Part shown: one piece after another, positions 25,001 through 37,495 of the stretch
Layout: each line of letters begins with the position of its first letter
How positions within the stretch are numbered: the first letter of the stretch is position 1
Assembly (NCBI GenBank): GCA_001179505.1
Contig: CDMY01000462.1
Location: forward strand, 1 to 64,000
Length of the DNA stretch: 64,000 nt
Direction: 5' to 3'
Source: Vitrella brassicaformis CCMP3155
Lineage: Eukaryota > Protista > Chromerida
Made by a program: the position numbers and the translations under genes
Notes under the pieces: generated by a model
The model's database searches: none
Told to the model about the DNA's origin: nothing
What the model saw: the letters and a program-made list of their open reading frames with translations, nothing else

Positions 25001-28000
25001 CCTGGCTCTCGAGGCTCTCAATCTCGCGTCAAATCCTCTGAAGGCCCTCCAAACAAGCTATGACCCGCGAGTGAGCTTTCCGAAGTCAACGTCCGTGCTG
25101 CAGCGCTTGGATGTCCGCAACGCGAGCCTCACCGCAGTCGAACCGCTGGAATGGTTCGCTGTTGACACAGGAGACTTCACCGATAACCCGCAACTTCAAC
25201 TGTCGGTCCCTCCCGCCTCCAATATTACAGTGAGACACGTCAATCTCAAGGGTGGCTTCTGTACTTCTTTGTGCTGTGTGTTGCTTTTGGGTGTGTAGAG
25301 CTGTGCTGAGCTGTCAGAAGGCGCTGCAGATTCCATCGAGCGGTACCTACAACCTGACCCAAACGGTGAGAGAGCCATAAGGCACAGGGGTCATTGCTTG
25401 CTTGGATGGTTCTCATTCTCCCTCTCTCGTGTTTGTGCTGCCGCTTTGCCAGCTTTCGCACCAAAAAGGGACGACATCTCGCAGCAAATGCTTCCACATG
25501 AGTGCACACGGCTCTGTCGAACATTCAACGTCCTCCAGGTACGAAAGCTGCTCGACAAAACGTGCCCCAGAATTGCATCCTGTGTCTCCTTTTGCTATCT
25601 GTAGGTCGACGAGGCGTTGAATGTGACATCGCTGTGCCGATGCATAGATGGTCATGAGGGCCGTGGGAAGTTGTGCACACCATGCCGCCGAAACACCTTC
25701 TCCAATCGTCGATCCGGCACCGAGCAATGCACCCCATGCCCGCACGGCTCCGGTAAGTGAACAGTTGGGCAGCGATTCTTGTATTGTCGTTCTCTTTTGT
25801 GCAGAGTCTTCTCCTGCTTCCGCAGCGTGTCATTGCAAGCTTGGCTACGAAGCTGACGATAAAGCCGATGATACAGAGGAGCTTTCCTGCCGGGCTTGTG
25901 AAGCAGGTATGCTGACACGGCTGACGCTCGAATGTGTTTGACATCCGTGTGACATCTGTAGGCACGTATGGGAAGCTGTCTGGCGGCATAGCGACGTGTG
26001 TGAGCTGCGGTGGACCTCGCTTTACATCCCTCCCCAAGACCACCTCGCGTGACCATTGCCTTTGCATCGAGAAGTACATCTTGTAAGTTCACAAGGCACA
26101 CATGCCAACGAATCGCTCTCTGTCGTATGTTGTGTCTTGTCTGCGTATATGTGCTCTGTGCAGGAATCGTCATTCCTTTCAGTGTGAGGACTGTATGGCC
26201 TATGAGGGCTTAAACTGCTCGCTCCCCCTCCGTCCATCGAGTGTCACCGTCAAAAGGGGCTTCTTTCTTCTCACCGTCCAAATCATGGAAAGCATAATGC
26301 CTCGGGTATCCGTCGACCGGGAGCTTCCTCGGCGCAGATTGGCCTCCGCTGCAATTCGATCCACGTAAGTCGACAAATGACCGTCTTGTCCATACCTGTA
26401 TGCATCTATGCCCTTCGCTCATGTGTGAGTTGCAGGTACGCTGCGAACATAACCTCATTGCCCATAGCGGTGGAGTGCCCATACGGTCCTGCATGCAACC
26501 CGTACGGCACAGACCCCGTCAACCAATGCACGGTCAGTCAGGGAATATGAAAAGGATCACGTGTCCAGATTTTCCTGCTGCTGTCTTCTCTTGTTGTCAG
26601 GAGGGGCATGCAGGTATACGAAAGTCTTGCCGCATCGCTGAGACTCTTTCTCATCTGAGTTTGCCTCACTGTGTGGCTGCAGGTTTTGTGTGTGGCCTGT
26701 GTGAGTCGGGATTTGCTCGATCGACCCCATTGGCGCCATGCCGCCCCTGCGCCGCAGGATGGCAGAATGTGCTTAGCAATCTCGCATTGTTGGCCGTTTC
26801 TATCGGCGCCATCTTCCTACTAACACATCTGTCTAAACGGTGAGCTGAGACAAAGCTACCTTCTTCGAAGCAATTTGCTGACTTTGTCTCATCTCAGTGC
26901 TGCGTCCGCTCTTCATGTCGGTCTCATCAGTGTCATCCTAAAGATAACCATTGGCCACTTTACTGTGGTAAGCTGCTGTGGCCAACGAGTTGACGCTGAG
27001 ATGTTTGCGATACGTGGCGCTTCGTGTCTCTCTTGCTGGTCATATTAGATGAGCGGCTTGATGGCGTTAGACTATGCTGTGCTTCGAGGCGATACAACAT
27101 CGCAAACAGCGCTGCCTTCCGTGTATCGTGGTCTTTTTGGCTGGGACGGCGGCATCTCGATGGAATACACGTCGTGGACGTGCCTTTTTGCGTCGCTGGT
27201 GGGTGATGAGACAGCTGAGCTGTGGCGCCATGCGGTCTGGATCGGACTGCCCATCATCCTCCTCGTTGTGGTCACACTTTTTGGTACGACTGCACGGGCT
27301 GATGCCCAATATTCACTCATTGCATCTCTTCCTGCTGTTGCACTTCAGCCGAACTGTGGATGGTGGCAAGCGGCCGTCGCCATCGAGACATCCGGGCCTC
27401 TTCTGTTTCCGAATCCCTTTTTGACTTGACAAAAAGAGCGACAAGTCAGCAGCTTCCAGGAGGCAAGGGCGACCATAGCAGTGAGGACGACAGGGCCTTC
27501 TCTCATGCAACGCGCAGCCACACTGCTGACGAGTCGGAGACGGCCTCGCGTTCTCTCGACCGCACACAGACTCGCGCGTCCACCAACGCAACAAGAGAGA
27601 CCACCAAAAGCCATCCGACGGATGCGCAATCCAGGGAGAAGCGGAGAGGGCTGCTTGGATTTGTGGATAGACATGCGACTCTGTGGATTGTCACTCTCAA
27701 CCTGTGCTTCCCAAGTAGGTGGCTGCAACGGAGAGAGCGAAGCGATTTGACCGTTTACGTTGCCTTGCGTCTGTGTGTGGGTTCATGCAGCGGCGACTCG
27801 TAACTTTCTGTCCCTGCTCCGCTGTCGAGACTATCCGTTTGTCCAAGAGAGCTTCACAGCTGATGAGATCGCCATGCAAGGGCTTCTGCAGCCGACAGAC
27901 CTTCCCCACTTGCGTCGCCTCGATCTCAAACCAGACGTCTTCTGCGATGTGCGCTCGACTACATACCTGCCGTTCCTCATCATCGCCGTCATAGGCCTTT

Positions 28001-29729
28001 TTGCATGGGTCGTCCTGCCGATTGCCTCGGGCCTTGTGGTCCTGGTGCGCCACTACAGAAAGGGAGAGCTCCATCTGCCGTCGGTGCGTGAGCGCTATGG
28101 GTTCCTCACCAAATCGTATCGGCAGAACTTCTTCTTTTGGGAAGCAACAGTTGCCTTTAGGTCAGGAATGGACATATGTTATTTGATGTGGTTCTCATAC
28201 CGTGCTGTGCTTCCATCTGCGTTAGGCGTGTTTTCGTGTTGGTCGTTGCATCGGTCGCGATCACCCAAGCTCGAGTCCAGCTAACGGCTTGGAGCCTCCT
28301 CGCTGTGACAGCTCTGGTTGTACAATTGCGGCTGCAGCCCTTTCGTCGCGATCGGCGGAATCTTCTCAACCGCATTGAGGAGCGAGGGCTCGCTGTGTGG
28401 CTGCTGTCGGTGATCCTCATGCAGTTTGCCTTCGGAGGCGTGCTGTCGGACACAGGACACCTTGCAGTGCTTACCGTGGTCATACTGATGAGCTTGCTAC
28501 ACTATGTCAGCATCCTGGTCACCATCCTTTCCCTCTGGCTACAGCAGACGGCCCGCGACTATCAGGAGAAGGAGGACTTCAAGCTTCTGTGTAAGCCGAT
28601 TCACCGTCGGCGGGCTTTTGTGTAGAAATTGAGCATGCTTTGCTCTGGATGTCAGATTTGTTGCCAAAGTCCCGGCTAAGGTGGCTGGGACCGTTCGTCG
28701 ACTGGCTCTCGGCTGACACGACCAGCGTCTCGCTGCAGTACGAGAAGGGGCTGTCAATGGGTCCGCAAAAAACGGCGTCATGTGGCCAGCGTCTGTGGTC
28801 TTTGCTGCGGAGGAGGGGACGCCCCCGGACGGCGTTGGAACTGACGTCTGAGGCGATGAAGGAGGCGCTGGATGTGCTCAAGCCGACGACAGTGCCCCCA
28901 GACTTTCTCAACTTCCTCTATGCGCATGCCTGCGTCAGCTACGCTTTGAGTGAGTGAGTGAATGAGTGGGTGGGCCCATGACGGTCAGTTACATCTCTCT
29001 GCTTGCTCTCACGCATCCAGGGGACAGCGATAGCTGCCACATTGTGCTGAACGACGACGCCACATCAGCGGCGACAGTGACGATTCCGATAGAGGACTTC
29101 CAGGTACGCACAGCTATACCTGTCTTCCCTGCATGTGCTCGTCTGTCATGTGGCCGTCCGTGTGTTCGTGCCTGCTGCAGCTCCATCTGAGCTCTGTGGT
29201 TGAAGAGCTGATAGGTCGCGAAGAGCGCCACGGCGAGGGGCCTCACAAGTCGGAGGGATGGGTGGAGCTGTATGTTCTCTACCGAGGCGTCAAGAAAGCC
29301 CTCAAGAGCAGTGCTGCATTAGAGGCAGCCGACTTATCCAACGACGAGGTGACCACGGACGGCCATTGAGGACGCTCAGCCACTGTGCGTGGGTGCTCTG
29401 TCTTTGTGCAGGTGGCACTTCCCCATCTGATGGCCTCCGCTGCTGTCCGGCTGTCTAAAGAGATGACCGCCTCAAGCGACCGTGCCTCCGCGGACAGTTT
29501 GGCCACAGCAAGCGCTTCATCAGACGAGTGGATTGCGTACATCAATCGCGTGTACCAGTCAATGCCATCTATCGTCGGGGCCCAAGCTGAGCTGCTGCTG
29601 GGAGGGGAAGGGGGAAAGGCGGAGGCGAAAGAAGGAGAGGAATTGAGCCTGGAGGGCTCTGCAAGGCCCATCCCTCCTTCCGCCGACGTCACACTCATCT
29701 CTCAGTGCGTCACTTTTGTAAGAGAGTAG
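22020..29729 (+). CDS. Secretory-pathway receptor-like protein: signal peptide, plant-type LRRs, Cys-rich repeats, multi-pass TM region, cytoplasmic tail (>20 exons)
   Basis: Signal MTYCPRPWVLLLGIIFFLPRL. LRRs such as LEGPLPESINRLSSLEILDVPRNAMTGPLPFTLGDLKELRFLNLGKN. Cys-rich CHCKLGYEA..CRACEAG and CGLCESGFARSTPLAPCRPC. TM block with RYGFLTKSYRQNFFFWE and QPFRRDRRNLLNRIEE. Stop at 29729. Confidence 0.8.
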
Positions 29730-29786
29730 GTAGCTGCCTGTTTTTGATCCGTGCAGTCATTAATGGGTGCTTGCGCCCTTTTTTGT

Positions 29787-30298
29787 GCCACTGCTCCGCA
29801 TGTTTTTGTCTACTGCCCCCCTGTTTTTTGTCCGGTGTCGCGTTGATACAGCGTGCACGGAAGTCTGCATAGCGTACGATGTAAGTACAATGTATGTGTA
29901 CAGATGTCTGCCAGTCTGTCTATCTGTCTTGGCCGGTGGATGGATTGTGTGTTGATATGTGGATGTCAGTTTTGTGTTGTATTTGTGAATCAGTGAGTAC
30001 GCCGTGGTACTTACTGTACGCATAGTCTGCTCTATGTAGCCGTTTTTTGTGTGGACTGTTCCCCGTCTTTTTGGCCACTGCTCCCCTGTTTTTCGTCTGT
30101 TGTCGCTTTGGCAGAACATGCACGGAGGCCTCTGCATAGAGTACACTCGTGTGCTCAAATGATGTCTGTCTGTCTGTCTGTCTGGGCCGGTTGATTGTGG
30201 ATATGGACATGTGGATGTCACTTTTGTCTTATATTTGTGAATCAGTGAGTAGGCCGTGGTACTTACTGGACGCATAATAGGCTGCTATCTGTAGCCGG
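29787..30298. repeat. Diverged tandem duplication, period ~250-285 bp
   Basis: ATTTGTGAATCAGTGAGTA(C/G)GCCGTGGTACTTACTG at ~29982 and ~30232. CCACTGCTCC and GTGGATGTCA also occur in both copies. Confidence 0.8.
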
Positions 30299-30435
30299 GA
30301 TGCAGCGATGGCCTTCCAGTGCAGGTCGGCCCTTCGTATGAGTGACGTACCGTGCGCTGCCGCCGCTGCGTATTTGTCACGTGTTTGATGTGATAAGCGG
30401 GGTGCATGTACGGGTACTGATGCGCCTGGCTGGCC

Positions 30436-31513
30436 ATGGCAGCCGACTGGACGGACAAATTCTGGTGGTCGTCTCAAGGGTCGTCTGCACTGATGGTCCA
30501 TCAATCCGATCAGCAACCAGAACGAGTGACATCAACAAGGCTTTGCCTTGCTGCTCAGCCCCTCGGCTCAGCCCCAGCAGCCCCACAAATACCCCCGCGA
30601 TCCTCCCTGCGAGCTAAGCTCTCAGGTGAAGATCTCCCCTTTCCTTCCTTTCCTTCCTCCGCCGTGCCGTCCCTCGTCAGTAGGCTGATAGACTCCCAGC
30701 TGGTGAGCAGCATCGGCGACTACTTGCATCTTTTCCGGAAGCGAATTGAGGACCTCCGTGACAAGCGCCGCAGCATCCACCCTCCTCCGCCTTTCTATCA
30801 CTCTCCCGACGACCCATGCGTCAAATACTTCAAGCTCCACGGCTTCCTGCCCCACAAAAGCGCAGTTAATCACGCTATATGCCCGCCTGACCTTGCCATT
30901 CGCGAGATCGTGGACCTTGAGGATCTCAAGAGGAAGATCTTGGTCACCATGAGGAGGGAATGGTGGCACTTTGCTTCGGCTATCGACTTCGGCTGGAATG
31001 AGTACATGCTTATGCTGGACTCGTTTGCTGAGTATGGGAGGAGGGTGAACTCTGCTGGAGACCCGATCATCGTGTGCTTCTTCAGACGTACGTCAGCTAC
31101 GATGAAGGAAAGGAGGGAGGGAGGGAAGAGCACTCGAGCGACTGCCTGTGTGTGTGTGTTGTGCTGCCTGCAGCCCTCAAGTTCCCAATTGAGCCCAATT
31201 ACTGGCCAAGAGAGAAGGGGCCACCAACCGACGACGCACACAGGTACCTAAGGTACCTACTCATGGGGTGCAGTGCACCGATTTCTCGCCGTTCTGCCTC
31301 TGCGTGGGTGTGCGTGTGTTCAGAGCTACCGAAGCCAGACTGCCGCGTGTGTGTGGGTGTGATGAGTCGCTCAAGGCTTCTGTGCGACCGAGGTGTGACG
31401 CTGTAGTCCGCGATATCCGTGTTTGTGTGAGGACCCCGCTCGACGACGGTGTAATGCGTCGTCGTGTCAAAATTGGCTCTACAAGGCTTGAAGAACTGCT
31501 CGGGTATGGGTGA
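30436..31513 (+). CDS. Hypothetical lineage-specific protein (3-4 exons)
   Basis: Protein-like exon LIDSQLVSSIGDYLHLFRK..PIIVCFFR splices in frame to PLKFPIEPNYWPREKGPPTDDAH and RATEARLPRVC..LEELLGYG*. No family recognised and the start is uncertain. Confidence 0.55.
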
Positions 31514-32007
31514 CCGCTCGCAGAAGACGGAGGCACAGACACACAGCGCGACGACGGAAACCAGTGCCCAGAGAGAGAGAGAGAGACTGGTGACGACACA
31601 CAGCCACTTTCACTGAAGTGGTGTAGCGTCGACACACACGCCGCGGCTGTGTTGTCTGACCTTCATCAGATAGGTCTGTGCTAACGTTCATGATAGGCCT
31701 CCTTCGCCGTTTAGTGTGGGGAGGCAGGCAGGTAGTGAATATATTGCCTCTGTCTGTCCTCTTTTGCCTTGCTCGTCCTGCCGTCGAGGTGCGGCAGTGA
31801 GGAGGGGCGGGGCTACTTGCTGTGTGCGTATGTGTATGTGTTAAAGCTTTGACTGGTGACAGGTGTGGTGTGTATACAATACAGACATCATGTGACACGA
31901 TATCATACAGTGTGTCACCCAGTCTTGAATGCACTCAATCACGGCACCCACCCGACGATGAGCCATCAGACACAGAAGAGTTCTAGGCAAGCAGAAGCGG
32001 GGTATGC

Positions 32008-32042
32008 TCAAGCAGCCGCCCCATCGATGGGCGGCTGCTTGA
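32008..32042. other. 35-nt near-perfect palindrome
   Basis: TCAAGCAGCCGCCCCATCGATGGGCGGCTGCTTGA is self-complementary except for one extra C. Confidence 0.85.
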
Positions 32043-32314
32043 CAATTCCACGTCCCTGCCCGACTAGACCCCTTGTGTCGTCTGCATGGTCTCGTGCACA
32101 TCAATCCATCCATCCATCCGTCCGTCCGTCCTTCCAGGCTTGAACCACGCAACGCAGAGAGGTCACGAAGTCAGGTCTTTCCATCAGTCAGTTCTCGAGC
32201 TGCCTACCACGGTGGCTGTGCTGGTGCAGGTGAACCCACCGCTTCTGGCAGGTGCACCGTGCCAACATTGCACTGGGTGGACAAACCGAGAGAGAACCAA
32301 TGGGTACATACCGA

Positions 32315-34701
32315 TCACTGTCCCCTCCCGAACGCTCTGTGGAAGGCCTCGACAATGTTGGTTGGGTGGGTGGGCGGCACCACCTCTGTGTCGGGCTCAA
32401 GCTCCAGCACCAGCTCGTTCCTGACCGCCGAACATCCATCCAGCCATCCATCCATCCATCAGAGAGTGGGCGCGTTGCCACCTTTGTGTGTGTGGATGCG
32501 CACCTTCTGAAAGGTGCGAGCCATGCGTCGTTTGGGTACCAGGCCCTGCTGCACTTGCCCTCCAGATTGAAGCCCACCTTGACGTCCCACATCCGCAGCC
32601 AAAACCTACCCATCACACACACACACATTTGTATGAATGCATGTGTGCAGTGCATGTGTGTCTGGTTGGTTGGTTGCCTACAAGGGTTTTCCCTCTCGGT
32701 TGCGCTTCACTTTGAGCCCCCTCTTCTGCACCGCATAGAACAGGCCCCTCTTGATGGAATCCAGCGACCGGCTCTGACCACACACACACACACACACACA
32801 CACATGCACAGATATACACGGGCACTGGTGTGTCGCCCATCCACGAGTCCCTCTCACTTGTGGGTCAGAGATGCCGAATGCCGCCGTGACTGCGAGTCTC
32901 CTCCTCGGCTGGATGGAATAACGCACCTTCTCGTCACGCAGGTAACGGCGCAAAGGCCGCACATTGACGTCTGAACACAACACGTACACACGGAGAGGAT
33001 AACGGACGCAGGAGAGGCGTGTGTCGTGTCGGGTGGGTGTGATGCATGGCTACTTGCCTGGCGATGGCATTTGGTCGATGTCGGTGCCGAATGCCGATGG
33101 CAGGGGGACCACCCAGGTGACGCGCCTGGCGTCCTGCTGCAGGGGGGTCGACAGAGAGATGTTGGCCACGATCTCGGGCTCATCCTGCACCCATCACCCA
33201 CCCACCCACACACACACGGGCATTGCATCGATCCATGTGCGTCAACAGGTGGATGGATGGTTCTCACCACGTTGTACTGGTACTCCTGGTCCTTCTTGAT
33301 CTCGGTGATATACGACCTCCCCGGTGTCATAACCACACGCCACGGCCTGCACACACACACACACACACCAGACAGACAGAAAGCATCTCTCCCTCCCTCC
33401 CTCTCTCTCTGTGTACCCCACCTCTCCACTGTATAAGGCTCCAGCAGCACCTCTGCAGGCGCCACATTGACGAACGGCTCAGCGCGCAACCCTCGCTCCC
33501 ACAACACATGGGTGAAGAAGGCCCGAGGCAGCGAATCGCACTGCCCCCCCTCCCGCCCCAGTGTCGGGTCAAGAAACTGCCCCTCCAGCACTGCCCGCGG
33601 CGGCACGTCGACGACGTCAAACACAAACCGCCTGTGGTGCACTCGGTGCGGCGGCATCTCTGATCTGGGGCCGCCTTTGGCGAGGGGGATGTGCCATGCC
33701 TCGAAGATGCGCGGCCAAATCTGCTCGTAGAAGGTGCGGAGGGGGGTGTAGGGCGAGGTGTCTTCGACACGAACGATGCGGCCGGTGTTTTTGTTGACGG
33801 TGACGTTGGATGAGACGTCGATGGCCACACGGGGGTTGGAGAGATACTGGCCCAGAAAGAATAGAGGCGACGTGCCGGAAAAGAGGTAGCTCAGCTGGAT
33901 TGCCTGCTCGTCGCTGGCTGTGGTGGTCTCTGGCTCGAGTGTCTTGACCTCCAGGAGGGCCACGCGCGCGTCGCCCCAGTAGCTGCCGAGTTCCTTGAGC
34001 TTGCTGAACACGGCTGCGCGTGACGAGAGGGGGGATGGCAGGAACTGTGGGAAGGTCCATGACGCCGACTCGTCGAAGAGGTCATCGACGTATTGCGGCT
34101 CCCCGATCAGACCGAAGTTGACTGCATTCTCAAACTCCTTGGCCACACGCCATCCTGACACAAGAAAAGATGTGTGCAAGATGTGTGTGTGCCCGTCCCT
34201 CCATCCATCTCTCCAGCTGTCTGTCTGTCTGTCTGCCTGTCTTTTCCTACCTGTGCACTGCGTGTTGCGGTTGAGTGTGGGGTCTTCTCTGTGGTCATAC
34301 CGCCAAGCCACCGGCGGCAGAGGGATCCGTATCAGCTTGTCGTTGAGCGGCAGGCCCTCGTTGGGGTCGCCCGATGGCGTCGTGACGAAGGGCACCTCGT
34401 CAGGGTCATAGTCCACCACCTCCGGCTCCGGCAGCTTCTCCTTCAGGATGTCCTCGAGCGACACCACCGTCCCGTTGATGTCAGGCAGGGTCACCAGCGA
34501 CTTGGGCAGCTTGGCGCGGCTGATGGCCTGCTGCTGCTCGGTGGCCGGGCTCCCCATCTGCAGGCCAGTCCGCCGCCTCAGTGGCAGCCTGTGGGCCGCC
34601 CTGACCGGGTGAAAACCGACTCTCTGCTCCAGCAGCCGAAGGGCCGAGATGGCGAGAGGCCAGCAGGAGAGGACGAAGCAGATGAGAGATGTGTGGGTCA
34701 T
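32315..34701 (-). CDS. Plastid-targeted SOUL heme-binding family protein with N-terminal NTF2/SnoaL-like (DUF2358-type) domain
   Basis: Bipartite leader MTHTSLICFVLSCWPLAISA-LRLLEQRVGFHPVRAAHRLPLRRR. SOUL-like VTWVVPLPSAFGTDIDQMPSPD and C-terminal WLAPFRRNELVLEL. The N-terminal domain assignment is by analogy with plant DUF2358-SOUL proteins. Confidence 0.7.
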
Positions 34702-35201
34702 TGGCGTTGCAGCTGGCCTCCTCCCCCTTGCAGAGCATCCTGGAGCGCTCGCAGCGTCGGGAGCAGCATGAGCATCACCATGAGATGGAGATCTCGCCTC
34801 AGCGCTTCGACGCCTACACACAGCGGAGCCTCCCTCGTCGTGCTCCATCCTCAGATCCTCGCGGAAAGGAGGGCGCACGTGCGAGCTCAAAAAAGTAGAT
34901 TGCCGAAAGGAGGAAAAGTGGCCTGGCGATTTGGCGAGAAGGGTGACGAGGAAGGACCACCACGGAGAGGCCGCACGGCCACAGCGTCGTTCCCTGTCGG
35001 CTGCTCGTGACACAAAGCCACTTCCTTCGGCTCAGGCGCGCCATCGTCGTTCTTCGCCTGCGATAGTGACTGTCTGTCGCTATCGGTGTGTGAGTGAGTC
35101 GAGTCGCTGACTTTATCCGCTTCCTCCCTCCCGTGTGGCTAGGGGAGGGGAGAGAGGCTCAGCACACCCGCACCAGCCATCCCATTATCATCATCGCTAC
35201 T

Positions 35202-37038
35202 ATGTCGACGTCCGGCGAGGGCGCCGTGTCGATGAACGAGTCGTCGAGCTCGTCGTCGTCGCAGCACGTGAGTGACGGGTTTGACGTGGAGGCGCAGGAG
35301 ACCGACCCGTCGTTTGTGCCGTCGCTGGCCAAGGTGCTCACGCACCTGATATCGATGAGCCAGCCAAACACCGGACAGGTGAGATAGATGGGACCAATGG
35401 ACGGGGGAGGGAGGGAGGGAGAGGTCGTCGGTAGGTGGCCACTTGATTGTCCTGTGTCTGTGCGTCTGGTGCCTGTGTGTGTGTAGGTCACTCGTTTTCA
35501 CGCCATCAAGGCCCCTTCGATCAGCATACACGAGTACCTTACCAGGTGACTAATCCAGCCATACATCCTGCCAGGACACACAAGGCAGGGGCGATGGGTG
35601 GATGGGCTTCTTTCTTTGCTGTGTGTGTGCACAGGATCGCCAAGTACTTCGGTTGCAGTTGTGAGTGTTTCGTCTTGTCTCTGGTGTACATTGACCGGAT
35701 CGTCAAGCTGCACCAGGACTTCTGCGTCAATGCCCTCAACATACACAGGTAGCCAGTCAGGACAACACACACACCACACACATCACATACACGATCCTTG
35801 CCCATCGCTCGTGTGTGTGTGTGAGTCAGGTTGTTGGTGACGAGCATCACCTTGGCAGTGAAGTTCTTCGATGATCAGTTCTACAGCAATGCCTACTATG
35901 CCAAAGTCGGCGGCGTCAAGACCAGGTGACACAGGCGATGGATGGATGGATGCACGAACCAATGGCCAGCTGAGCAGACAGACAGAGGGACATGAGTGTG
36001 TGTGGTGTGTGTGTCGTGTGTGTGGTCACAGGGAGATCAACGTGTTGGAGGCGCATTTTCTGGCGCTGATCAACTACCACCTGTTCGTCACGCCTCAGGA
36101 GTACGACCAGTATAGGAACAACGTGCTCATGGCGGTCAACGCAACGGTCCGCAACCACACACACACACACACTGTGCCTGGATACACTCTCATTCTCCGC
36201 CCATCTGTTCTCTCTCCCCGGCAGTCGGTGCCGCGTGCGATTTCCGACAGCGCAACGGCCGAGGGTGCTGAGGGTGAGGGCGATGCCGAGTCCATCCGTG
36301 GAGACGACGCATCACACGACCGCCATGAGCATGACCATGAGGAAGCGCATGAGAAGGATATTGCGGACCAAGATGGAGGGGAGGGAGAGGGGGAGGGGCA
36401 GGGTGAGGGGCAGGCCGTGGCCCCTAGCGCACATCCCCACCCACACACACAGCCATCGCACAGCAGCAGCGGCGGTGACAACAACACATACTACAACTCG
36501 GCAGAGGCGGCCGTTGCCATGGACACAGACATTCCCCACCACCCCAGCCACAGCCACAGCCACGCCCCCCCCCACCACCACGTTCCAGCCAGCCGCTCCC
36601 AGGTGCCCAACTACCCCTCCCACGCCCATCAGAACGGCACGAGCTACCCCAGCCACCCCTCGTCCGTCGAGACCAGTGCGAGCAGCGTCTACGGCCAGCA
36701 GGGCAGCTGCCAGGGGCCGCGGGCAGCCATGTCAGTGTCGGCCTGCGAGGCGTCGTGCAGGCCACAGGTGGGTGGGTCGGTGGGTGGGCAAAGGGAAATC
36801 CGACACGCGGCCGGCACACAGCGGAGAATGCATGTGACCATTCTCCGTTTTGCGTGTGTGTGTGTGTGTGTGTGTCCTACAGGTGGCACCATCTGACCCT
36901 CTCTGTCGCCGGAGGAGCGTGCCCCACGGCCATAGCGCCCCCGCAGCCCAGGAGCCCTCATCCCACATGAGTATGAACGGCCCCATGCCCGCCGCCGGCC
37001 AGACGCAGGCGGCCGTCGTCCAGATGCATGTCTGCTAG
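35202..37038 (+). CDS. Cyclin, PHO80/P/U-type, with low-complexity C-terminal tail
   Basis: [94 protein letters not shown]. Confidence 0.95.
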
Positions 37039-37039
37039 A

Positions 37040-37460
37040 CAGACAGACGGGCCGATGGGTGGAATGGGGGGAGGGAGAGGGGGGAGGGTCGGTGAGGTAT
37101 GGCTGCGTGCATCAGCCCGGCCAGCCAGCCGTCCACGGTATCCTCTGATCGTATTGGGTTCGATTTCTGTTCTCTCATCGCTCGTTCGTTCATCCATGTG
37201 TGTGAGTGCTGTGTGGTGTACTGGGTGGCGTGGCGGCGTGAGGCAACCGATCAGACTTGCCTCGTGTTTTTCGTGGGCGGCCGGACGGAGGGACGGAGGC
37301 GATGGATGGATGTCTTGCGTGCATACGTTCGTTCATTCTCTGTCTCTGTCTGCCGCCCGGATGCCCCGCTCCAGCCAGCTTTGCTTGCTGCTGAGGGATC
37401 TCTCTGTCTCTCGGGTCAAGTGATGTCATGTGATGATGTCATGGATGGATGGATGCATCC

Positions 37461-37495
<35 letters not shown>

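Noticed and set aside
27427-27429. In-frame TGA suggesting selenocysteine or readthrough in the LRR-TM gene
   Set aside because: An intron (GTACGA..CTTCAG, ~27284-27348) shifts the true frame to ORF 27360-27803, which has no stop there.
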